From positions 1 to 61,244 of the forward strand of contig WJIO01000421.1 of assembly GCA_014730235.1 (NCBI GenBank): a stretch of DNA of 61,244 nucleotides. The letters are read 5' to 3'. The DNA is from Candidatus Poribacteria bacterium (GTDB lineage: Bacteria; Poribacteria; DTPJ01; WJIO01). Under the pieces are notes generated by a model. That model did not search any database. It saw only the letters and a program-made list of their open reading frames with translations, and had not been told where the DNA came from. Made by a program: the position numbers and the translations under genes. Positions 49,601-57,223 of this stretch are shown here, piece after piece. Position 1 is the stretch's first letter, and every line of letters starts with the position of its first letter.

Positions 49601-52600
49601 GGTGGTTATGATAGCTTTAGTTCATATAGAGGCAGAAGAGGAAGTTTTGGATCAAGCCGGAGTTATGGTTCATCCCGCAGCAGTTTTTATACACCCCGAA
49701 CTGGTGAAGGCTTGAACCTCTCTATGGGATATGTATATAATACAGGAGAAAGAACTTCCGCAATTCCCGACGTTAATTCCGCTCCAAGTCGTCTCCAGGC
49801 TTTGGTATTTGGTGGAAACTGGGGTGATAAATTCAATATGGCCAGGGTTTTTGGACTTCTTCCCTTTGTATCAATAAAAGGCGAAGTGCCTTTTACGGTT
49901 TACCTGGATGGTGAAGCTGCCTATAGCCGTAATAATCCCAACAGCGTTGGCTATGCCATGATTGACAGTATGGAAGGTGCAAAAGAGAGCGCAAAAATGC
50001 CCACCTATAAGTTCTCCTGGAAAACTGCAAGCGTGCCAATGGATACGGAATCGGATAACGATATTTCAATTGATAACAGGGCGATTTTTCATATAGAAGA
50101 ATATGACGAAGATGCCAGCTACGGCAACTATATGAAAAACCGGGAAACCTCCGCTATTGAAATTAATCCCTTATCCAGAGCAACCCAGCAGCATCTTGTT
50201 ATGGAGATCGGGTATGATTTAAACGATGCTGCATCATGGGGAGCTTTAGCCTATCCTGTTTCTAACACCGGTGCAGATTTTAGCGAATATGAATTCCTTG
50301 AAATATGGATGAAGGTTGACGGTGATGAAAATGTAAATCTGCATCTGGATTTTGGTGTTATAAGTGAAGATACGGATGATGATTTTCGTTTGGATAGCGA
50401 AGACCTGCCCAGGGATATGCTCGACAGCAACGGTGATCATAAAATAGATATACTCGATCTGGATAAAGAAGACCTGCCGGAAGAGCATAAATATAAAGGG
50501 AACGGAAGCCTTGACCTGCGTGAAGATAACGGATGGGTCTACAACGATTTTAGTGGAAATGTAATTGACACTATTGGCAGGGAAAACTCGGTTCTGGATT
50601 CTGAAGACCTGGATGGAGACGTGGTATTGGATACAAACAATTCATATTTCGGTTTTACCATACCATTAAATAATATACCCAATGACTGGATCCGCAAAAA
50701 AACCAGCAAGACAGGATGGATATTCCTGAGTATACCTCTGGAAGAGGCTCTTCCAAAAGGACGTTCACCAAGCTGGGCAGTTATTAAGCATATGCGATTA
50801 TGGTTAGAGAAAAATATTCCCGGTTCTATAAATGGTAAATTCCAATGGTATTCAATAACTGTCGCTGGTAACAGATGGGAGAAAGGCCTTGTTGTTGAAA
50901 ATGAAACAGGCAAGCTTTCAGAAGATCTCACAAATGAAATTCTGGTTGGTACAAAAAACAACCACGAATTTGAAGATTACCTGGAAGAATACAGAAAGAT
51001 AGAGGATAACGAAGATTTTGATGTCCTGCATCCATATGTGGAAAGCGCATTTGGTCTGGAAAGCGACCAGAAAGAGCAATCATTAACTCTGAATTATGAT
51101 TTACAACCGGACACAACTGGTTACACCATGCGGGAATTATCCGGGGTTCGTCGTGGCGAAGGTCAGGATTTTTCAAAACATAGAGAGATGCGTATATGGT
51201 TGCATGGTGATGGTAGCGGTTTACCTTTCTTGATCAGGATGGGAAGCAATACCGATGATTTCGGAGCAGGAAGTCCTATAACAACAAAAGATGATGACAA
51301 TAACGATCCATATAACAATTATAACTATACTTATTCGTCATATTCATCAAGGTATGGAGCAAAAGGTTATTATGAGTATATCCTTCCCCTTGATTTTAAA
51401 GGATGGAAACTAATAAAAATATCATTTGCGGATAAAGATGATGATGGACATCCGGATGAATTAACGCCTATAAACGATCCTGCCATTAACAATATCCACG
51501 AAATACTTGTGGGTATTAAAAACGAATATCAGTATCCTGTAACAGGTGAAATATGGGTTAATGAAATACATTTAACAGATCCATTTGTCAAATCCGGCTG
51601 GGCAAGACGTTTTAATTTATCCGCAGATTTAGCCAATATTTTTGATATCAGAGCTGGTTATGCAAAGCAAGACAAGAATTTTGAAAATTCCGCAGGTCAA
51701 ACAGGCAGATCAAGCATGCGTTCTTATGGCTACAGCACCAGTAGTTATGATTATAATGTTGACACCCAATTTAAACTAATCTCATGGCTGCCTATGAGTT
51801 TTGGTATAAGTCACCGGGAATCGGAAAGCAGCAGTCTTTACGGAATAATCAGTTCCTATCAAAGCGGTCTAACAAAAACCGATAACAAGACTTTCAGCAT
51901 TAGCCTTGATAAAAGCCCTATCCCTCGGTTGTCTTTTTCATACGACAAGCAGAGACAGTGGAATGAAGTCAGAGGGGTGGAATTGAGTGACCTTTATTCA
52001 TCGGATGTGGGATATTCTCTTGGCAGTGTTTTGACAATTAACCTTGATTATTCCCATGAAGTATTGACAACGGAACAGGATTCATCGGAAGATGACACCA
52101 CTCCAACAAGTTCTTATTACTATTACGGCAGAGATACCGATACAATAGTTGACCGAGGCGGCATATCCCTTAGAATATCCCCTATAAAAAGCTTTAGCCT
52201 TGATCCATCTTATGAAGTCAGAAGGGAAATGGAGCGGGAGAAAGACGAAGATGACATAGAAGGTGGATTTCTTATTTCATCCAGAGACCAAAGAATATCC
52301 CTTAGACCGACCCTGAGAAAATTCTGGGGGGTTAAACCATCAATAAACGGCAGATATGGTTTCAGTGAAGACTGGTTTGGCGGCGAAAAGGACGTATCCC
52401 TCAACACAGATCTCGGTTTTGGGTTAAACTTTACCTTTAAGGACTGGTTTAAACCCAAGAAAGGGAAAGATGAACGAGGACGGGATAGGTTAACGGAATT
52501 GGGTAAAGATATTGACCTGTTGACTGAAGAAGACCTTCGCTCCCTGAGTGAGGAAGATATACAGGAACTCCTGGATGAAAAAACTCAGCAGGAACGGGGT

Positions 52601-53536
52601 AACTGGATCGAAAAGGAAAAGGATGAAATAAAGGAAAAGCTGCGTCAGCGAAAACTCGAGGAAGAAATGGATATAGAGCCTGATGCTGAAGGTGGTAATT
52701 TTGCCTTCCGGGCCTTAAAAAGAAGTGTATCAACTTTTTCCATTAATACTGATTTAAGATACAGTATCAATGACTACCTTCGCCGTTTAGATCCCACAAT
52801 GGGATTTTCGGATATAATGAAGCTGGAAGATGAATCCGAATTCCGAACAAGGTCTACCAAAACCAGAAGGTTTACCATCAGAGCAAATATGGATCCCATG
52901 ACGTGGGCTTCTCTGGGAACCAATATGTCACTAACCAACAGGTTTACTAAATCATCAGGAACAGCATCCGATTCTGATTCATCAACCGTTGGCGGCGATA
53001 TTAAAATATTTAGCTCTCAGACATCCTTTATGCTTAAATACAATATGACCACTCAGGATTCCAGCAACCAGAGCGGTAAAATATCCGACAGCATATCCCA
53101 TAATCCATCAGTTACTGTGCGAAAAAGCTGGTCTTCAGGAATCGGCTCATCTCTGGGATTTAGAATTACCTTCCGAGATTATGAACGTGGTGGAATAGAG
53201 ACAAGGTCAAGAATTTATGCACCAAACTTTAATATAGATTACGATCTGCATGTAAAGGGTGATGTTGATCTACCATTTGTACGCAAAATAAGCCTCGATC
53301 ATAATCTGGATATGAGCAATACAGTTTCAGTAATGGTACGTCGGGAAAAGCTGGGAATAAACCGGGATGAGAAATCAGAGCAGTATGGAACTTCTCTTGA
53401 TGTTAGTTATAATCTACGACAAACACTCAGAGCAAGTATGAGATTCTCTTTGGACTATAACCATGATAGGGTGGAAAAAGATGCAGATTATATATCTGTT
53501 TCAGGGTCCCTCATGCTAAGGGGTGAGTTTAGATAA
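46661..53536 (+). CDS. Giant SprA-like outer-membrane protein (T9SS translocon-like) with two N-terminal LysM domains
   Basis: AGGAG then TTG start at 46661; signal-like N-terminus; two LysM repeats; SprA-like segments (R.LFGAQ, NIIPESEEV.VNG..L.RN.DY, DFSEYEFLEIWM, ISEDTDDD..LDSED, EIWVNEIHL..P..GWA); amphipathic beta-strand C-terminus. Confidence 0.75.
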   Translation: MHSISKIRCDKKLKLFTPPLFLLYIIIYGLTVFCPSFAKEAKTELSAKKHDKFNIHLLQKDETLSHVALRYYKDISMVGLLARYNDINDVRRIPEGKEIKVPYEISYTIKPNDSLSEIAQKLLGSWQKYSIIAEYNKLEDPGFVIAGRVLRIPLLKPDTEPPEPEAPPAEVVEEDKPEEPERKKVEKEYPVVTESEKEEKTKEIIEPTKETEEDVSTEPDVDIEKETKPETVVEPQEPVEVETETKVIPEISEEPPSPASTEELKQEKPKDHTAPIGPMPQSKFRLVRVKPDDKEEEIIQEEFGVEQEWPLASPWARKKLQPSEEEITEPDRLSAVLDALKTWDRPIEELEDSKKARFDEKGINLPMDSLLQVTGYKSITIQYNKTHYFGKSDINRYSGYYSGGYGSGFYDYDYGYDSYGYGSSYNSYSSGYSSYGSGYSSSRYGYGYGQREGPNIEQEFDIHIHGRVGKHTHVDVDYNDTGRSQYGGMGQKEQKISVWYEGDPEDIIQRAAFGDIRLELPNSRFLNMGRTLFGAQMVAKLGDLKLTAFGTRTKGIKGTWTSKGQSRRAGGGTGTRIMDINYIKERYYAINVDEDGFINDSYLPIETGSEQIYIDDGIGTNNDSGISTAQGYFDYQYPGDDYSIDYSTGQIEFLKNISTGFKIVVAYRYRGGDGGSVGNPDSVFVDDDDDGITDGLDDPDDPVGYVVIKDSAAHGSELRNVYSLGNRNIGRRNFELSIWREGATDSFETGDGKVAYIRIFGLDSDNDGLVDPELIDFERGILTFPNPKPFIIDDPASPYYQYRDELNNEAIYSENPNYSDQKYIIQADYSYQTPSFYLGRLNIIPESEEVRVNGQRLNRNTDYMMIYEVGSVEIFRELDEYDEITIDYEYMPFGGQYQQTIAGIWAEYSWKPGKKKEEKKKTHTDMYREDGASPFSQDTDSSDSDYSRYGSSSSSFGNYGSFGGSYNSYGSSYGSNYGSYGGYDSFSSYRGRRGSFGSSRSYGSSRSSFYTPRTGEGLNLSMGYVYNTGERTSAIPDVNSAPSRLQALVFGGNWGDKFNMARVFGLLPFVSIKGEVPFTVYLDGEAAYSRNNPNSVGYAMIDSMEGAKESAKMPTYKFSWKTASVPMDTESDNDISIDNRAIFHIEEYDEDASYGNYMKNRETSAIEINPLSRATQQHLVMEIGYDLNDAASWGALAYPVSNTGADFSEYEFLEIWMKVDGDENVNLHLDFGVISEDTDDDFRLDSEDLPRDMLDSNGDHKIDILDLDKEDLPEEHKYKGNGSLDLREDNGWVYNDFSGNVIDTIGRENSVLDSEDLDGDVVLDTNNSYFGFTIPLNNIPNDWIRKKTSKTGWIFLSIPLEEALPKGRSPSWAVIKHMRLWLEKNIPGSINGKFQWYSITVAGNRWEKGLVVENETGKLSEDLTNEILVGTKNNHEFEDYLEEYRKIEDNEDFDVLHPYVESAFGLESDQKEQSLTLNYDLQPDTTGYTMRELSGVRRGEGQDFSKHREMRIWLHGDGSGLPFLIRMGSNTDDFGAGSPITTKDDDNNDPYNNYNYTYSSYSSRYGAKGYYEYILPLDFKGWKLIKISFADKDDDGHPDELTPINDPAINNIHEILVGIKNEYQYPVTGEIWVNEIHLTDPFVKSGWARRFNLSADLANIFDIRAGYAKQDKNFENSAGQTGRSSMRSYGYSTSSYDYNVDTQFKLISWLPMSFGISHRESESSSLYGIISSYQSGLTKTDNKTFSISLDKSPIPRLSFSYDKQRQWNEVRGVELSDLYSSDVGYSLGSVLTINLDYSHEVLTTEQDSSEDDTTPTSSYYYYGRDTDTIVDRGGISLRISPIKSFSLDPSYEVRREMEREKDEDDIEGGFLISSRDQRISLRPTLRKFWGVKPSINGRYGFSEDWFGGEKDVSLNTDLGFGLNFTFKDWFKPKKGKDERGRDRLTELGKDIDLLTEEDLRSLSEEDIQELLDEKTQQERGNWIEKEKDEIKEKLRQRKLEEEMDIEPDAEGGNFAFRALKRSVSTFSINTDLRYSINDYLRRLDPTMGFSDIMKLEDESEFRTRSTKTRRFTIRANMDPMTWASLGTNMSLTNRFTKSSGTASDSDSSTVGGDIKIFSSQTSFMLKYNMTTQDSSNQSGKISDSISHNPSVTVRKSWSSGIGSSLGFRITFRDYERGGIETRSRIYAPNFNIDYDLHVKGDVDLPFVRKISLDHNLDMSNTVSVMVRREKLGINRDEKSEQYGTSLDVSYNLRQTLRASMRFSLDYNHDRVEKDADYISVSGSLMLRGEFR

Positions 53537-53537
53537 T

Positions 53538-54137
53538 TTACCTTATTGCACTCCAGACTGTAAAAGTATATTTTGATCTTTCAATTAAAAAAGCTGGAGT
53601 ATTTGGCCTCCCGGGGGTAATAACAGAAAAGACGACAAAATCCATCTGATTGTTATCGGTATCAAGCCCGTCAGGTCGTCTTCCGATGCTGTATCCTGAA
53701 ATATCCAGAGTCGGTTCACCTTCCCCTGCAAAATTATTATCGACAAAATCGCCATATCCCACAGCGTCGGCAATTTCATTTCCCATATACAGCAATATAT
53801 TGTCAGGCCCGTTCTGAAAATTCACTTTAGGATTTACTACATCCGCATTTTCCACAGAATTGTCCTGAGCTACAACAAAGTAACCATCATGGGGTATTTC
53901 ATATCCTGCCAGTTCTATTCGGTTATATTCCTTTCCGCTGCCTCCATTAATCCCCAGGAGATAATATTCATCCAGGTTCATTCCCGGTTGTCCGGTCAAT
54001 TCAACAAAACAACCGGTATCAACTCCCGGAGAATCATAGAGGACTTCATTTATTACCAACCGGGCGAATACATAGTCAGAATAAAATAGGAAAAATAAAA
54101 TAAAAACAATGATTAAATTTTTTCGCCCCGCACACAT
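53538..54137 (-). CDS. Secreted lamin-tail-domain protein with TVWSAIR tail
   Basis: LVINEVLYDSPGVD..FVEL, FQNGPDN..L, SIGR.PDG.DTD.N..DF, TPG.PN. Confidence 0.75.
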   Translation of the reverse strand: MCAGRKNLIIVFILFFLFYSDYVFARLVINEVLYDSPGVDTGCFVELTGQPGMNLDEYYLLGINGGSGKEYNRIELAGYEIPHDGYFVVAQDNSVENADVVNPKVNFQNGPDNILLYMGNEIADAVGYGDFVDNNFAGEGEPTLDISGYSIGRRPDGLDTDNNQMDFVVFSVITPGRPNTPAFLIERSKYTFTVWSAIR

Positions 54138-54787
54138 TGACGAAGTTTCTCCATACCTTCCCTGATAGACATATCTCTATGAAAAACACTTGACGATCCA
54201 GCCACTAAAATCTCCGCACCAGCAGCGACCATCTTTGGAGCGTTTTCAAAACTCACATTACCATCAACTTGTATTTGGACGTCTAAACCCGCCGAATCAA
54301 TTTTATTCCTTAGTTCTCTTATCTTTCTGATGGCACTGGGTATCATCTTCTGTCCTGCAAATCCCGGATCAACAGACATAATTAAAACCATAAAAACCTG
54401 TTCAAGAATATAATCCAGGGATGATAAAGGAGTAGCGGGATTAATAGCGACTCCAGCCATTGCCCCGTTTTGCTTTATCAGGTCTACTGTTCTGTGGAGA
54501 TGCTTGCAGGCTTCCGTATGTATAACAAGCAAATCACTGCCAGTCTGGATAAAGCTTTCCACGTATCTCTCAGGATCATAGACCATGAGATGGGTATCAA
54601 AAGGTACATCAGTCATATTCCTTATAGATTTCAGCATATCAGGTCCCATGGTGAAATTTGGAACAAAATGACCGTCCATGATATCAAAATGAAGATAATC
54701 CGCACCTGCGTTTTCCAGTTCCTTAACTACTTCCCCAAGTCGGAGAAAATCGGCGCACATAATCGAAGTTGATACTTTTATATCCAT
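54113..54787 (-). CDS. rpe: Ribulose-phosphate 3-epimerase
   Basis: HFDIMDGHFVPN, D.HLMV, NPATP, MSVDPGFAGQK, VDGNV, LVAGSS. Confidence 0.95.
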   Translation of the reverse strand: MDIKVSTSIMCADFLRLGEVVKELENAGADYLHFDIMDGHFVPNFTMGPDMLKSIRNMTDVPFDTHLMVYDPERYVESFIQTGSDLLVIHTEACKHLHRTVDLIKQNGAMAGVAINPATPLSSLDYILEQVFMVLIMSVDPGFAGQKMIPSAIRKIRELRNKIDSAGLDVQIQVDGNVSFENAPKMVAAGAEILVAGSSSVFHRDMSIREGMEKLRQCVRGEKI

Positions 54788-54805
54788 AATACATCCTGTT
54801 TTAAA

Positions 54806-55372
54806 TCAAATGTTTTTCTGTGAATAGAAGGATAGCAATTTGGTACCATAACTATTTTGCCTGATAAGGGTCAGATTCCCCTCGCTTTCAAGGACATCCT
54901 CTTTAACGTCATGTTCCGCTATCAATAATCCATTATCTGCCAGTATGTTGTTTTTAAATATATGATTTAGGCTTTCTTTTACCAGACCTTTGCGATACGG
55001 TGGATCAAGAAAAATGATGTCAAACTGTTTGTTCTGCTTGTTAAAAAAAGCTGTAGCCTTTGACATATTCATCTTCAATAGAGTAATACCGGGAGAGTTA
55101 GGAGATAAGCTGATTTTAGCCAGATTCTGGGAAATTGCCTTTATACAAACTGGATTAGCATCAACAAATGTAACCTCAGACGCACCTCGACTGATTGATT
55201 CAATTCCCACATTGCCGCTTCCGGCAAATATGTCCAAAAACCTGGCATCAATAACCTTATCCCTGAGTATGCTAAACAGGGATTTTTTTACACGATCTGC
55301 CGTATACCTTATATCTGCGCCTTTTACTGATGATATTCTTCTGCCTTTATATTCCCCCGCAATTATCCTCAT
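54806..55372 (-). CDS. rsmD: 16S rRNA (guanine966-N2)-methyltransferase
   Basis: MRIIAG..KGR, R.T.DRVK..LF, FLD.FAGSG..G.E..SRGA, IFLDPPY. Confidence 0.93.
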   Translation of the reverse strand: MRIIAGEYKGRRISSVKGADIRYTADRVKKSLFSILRDKVIDARFLDIFAGSGNVGIESISRGASEVTFVDANPVCIKAISQNLAKISLSPNSPGITLLKMNMSKATAFFNKQNKQFDIIFLDPPYRKGLVKESLNHIFKNNILADNGLLIAEHDVKEDVLESEGNLTLIRQNSYGTKLLSFYSQKNI

Positions 55373-55374
55373 AT

Positions 55375-55821
55375 TTAGCTGTTAAATTCGGTTGGGTAAC
55401 CGCTTTTTTCCCACTCAGGCAAGCCGCCTTTAAGAAGTTTAAGATATTTCCTGTCAAAACCCAGTTCCTCTTCCAGTAATTGCGCCGACCTGGCGCTTGT
55501 GGCTTCTGACAGTCAGCTACAATAGAGAATTATATCTTTATCCTCTGGCAGTTGATTAACTTTTTCCCGCAAACCATCGGGATAGCTCATCCACAGCGCA
55601 TCTGGTATATGGGATATATCGTAACTTTGTTTACCGCGTACATCCACTATCACAATATCAGCTTGAGAATCTATTAGCTTTTTCAACTCATGGACGGTAA
55701 TTCTCTCGTAATCAGTTGTATCGTTATTATCAACATTATCAACAGAATTAGATTTTCCACAGCCGAAAGACATCATCATAATGAAAAGTAAAACAATATT
55801 TATAATAATAAGTTTTTTCAT
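55375..55821 (-). CDS. Selenocysteine-containing rhodanese-like lipoprotein (in-frame TGA at 55513-55515)
   Basis: Lipobox SFGC, IVDVRG...Y...HIP.A, then ILYCS-TGA-LSEATSARSAQLL...LLKGGLPEWEKSGYP to TAA at 55375-55377, 2 nt before the rsmD ATG; SECIS-like hairpin downstream. Confidence 0.85.
55482..55496 (-). promoter_or_regulatory. Bacterial SECIS element apical hairpin
   Basis: GCGCC-AGGUC-GGCGC starting 16 nt after the UGA; the loop matches the AGGUC of the E. coli fdhF SECIS. Confidence 0.75.
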
Positions 55822-55822
55822 G

Positions 55823-56749
55823 TTAAATTTTTCCAATAAGGTTTAATTGATCAATAAATTTCTGGGGTATCAAACCTGATATATCTATAGGAACATCCCA
55901 GGTGACAACGCCGCCTTTAGAATTTACATCCTTAGTATAACCAACTACGAATTCATCCACAAACCGGGGTTCACCGTGTCCCCAACGTTCCCCAAGATAG
56001 CTGAGTATGTGATACTGCGTTCCGTTCAGCCACCGGTTTGGGCAGATAGGAAATATTGTCGATATTTCCCCGGCTGTATAATCTTCATATTCCGTCAGGG
56101 TTATTACAGGGGTTTTAACTCCCGGATTAAAAGCTATTATGCTTTCGGGATTTCCGACTTTCAGGGCATAGGCAAAGCTCTTAAAGTTTGGCGGATCATC
56201 ATGTCTATACATTTCATCGGAGAAATAGCACCCGTCAATCCACCATCCATGAACCTTATTTCCCCATCTTAAAGACCATTCCCTTATTATCTTTTCCCAT
56301 TTTAACTGGAACTCGGCCAGTCGTTTGCCTGTTCTCTTTGGCCCACCTGAAGGCCATTGCCCTTCATAACCCCATTCCCATCCCAGACGTTCCATAGCTA
56401 CAGGATCAGCCGCCGGTGCACCGCTGGGTAGATAGACCATAAGCCTGATACCCTCTTTGGTCAAAGCATCTGCCAGTTCCATGATGAGATCGCGCTTTGA
56501 GCATTTGCTGGGTTTTATGCCCACAAAGGAATCATAGGTATCGTTAGGGGAACAATAATGACCGGAGTTTTGCCCTATGGTTATGAAATAATATGGAGTT
56601 CCTGTTGCTTTTAGCTGTTCTACCAGTCCATCTACGTTGAAATTATCAATCTGTGAATTCCAAACTTCTGCTGTGGTTTCTTTTCCTGTCAAATAGTGAG
56701 TAAAAACACCCCATTTAGCATCTTTGAACCAGTCTGTATTTGATTTCAT
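55823..56749 (-). CDS. Alpha-L-fucosidase-like glycoside hydrolase (GH29-like)
   Basis: WFKDAKWGVFTHY, RDL..ELADAL...G.R...Y, GWWIDG; start taken at ATG 56749 downstream of the hairpin; no signal peptide. Confidence 0.7.
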   Translation of the reverse strand: MKSNTDWFKDAKWGVFTHYLTGKETTAEVWNSQIDNFNVDGLVEQLKATGTPYYFITIGQNSGHYCSPNDTYDSFVGIKPSKCSKRDLIMELADALTKEGIRLMVYLPSGAPAADPVAMERLGWEWGYEGQWPSGGPKRTGKRLAEFQLKWEKIIREWSLRWGNKVHGWWIDGCYFSDEMYRHDDPPNFKSFAYALKVGNPESIIAFNPGVKTPVITLTEYEDYTAGEISTIFPICPNRWLNGTQYHILSYLGERWGHGEPRFVDEFVVGYTKDVNSKGGVVTWDVPIDISGLIPQKFIDQLNLIGKI

Positions 56750-56789
56750 GGTTTCTTTTCTTAATTTATGGTATTTGGTGAAAAGCACA

Positions 56790-56826
56790 CAATGACCGCC
56801 CCGATTGAAAATCGGGGCGGTCATTG
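56790..56826. terminator. Perfect 17-bp palindrome with CAATGAC...GTCATTG ends after queD
   Basis: CAATGACCGCCCCGATT-GAA-AATCGGGGCGGTCATTG. Confidence 0.65.
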
Positions 56827-56833
56827 AAAATAT

Positions 56834-57205
56834 TTAACGGGCAGAATAAGCGGCAGAACTGGTGGGAGATTCCCAGACCATCACTTTGCTGATCTTTCGT
56901 GAGTCCTTGTTAAAAACCTTTGACAACTCGTCAAATATCAGCTTTGCCATATTCTCTGTGGTGGGATTAATTTCGTCAAAGGGAGGAACTTCATTAAGGA
57001 ATTGATGATCAAACCTGTTCATCAATTCTTTGGTTTCTTTTTTTAAGTCTTTGAAGTCAATAACCATCCCCAGGTCGTTAAGTTCTTCAGAAGCCACAGA
57101 AACCTTAACCACCCAGTTGTGCCCATGCAACCTTTCACACTCACCGTTATAATGTCTTAACCTGTGGGCTGATGAAAAATGTGTTTCAATAGTTACTTCG
57201 TACAT
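56834..57205 (-). CDS. queD: 6-carboxytetrahydropterin synthase / 6-pyruvoyltetrahydropterin synthase family
   Basis: FSSAHRL, CERLHGHNW, GMVIDF..LK, DH..LN, NPT.EN.A, VWESP. Confidence 0.9.
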   Translation of the reverse strand: MYEVTIETHFSSAHRLRHYNGECERLHGHNWVVKVSVASEELNDLGMVIDFKDLKKETKELMNRFDHQFLNEVPPFDEINPTTENMAKLIFDELSKVFNKDSRKISKVMVWESPTSSAAYSAR

Positions 57206-57223
57206 TTTAACTCCTGCCAGAAA

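Noticed and set aside
55823-56824. ORF-track start at 56824 for the fucosidase-like gene
   Set aside because: That ATG lies inside the perfect palindrome after queD; homology-like sequence begins at ATG 56749.
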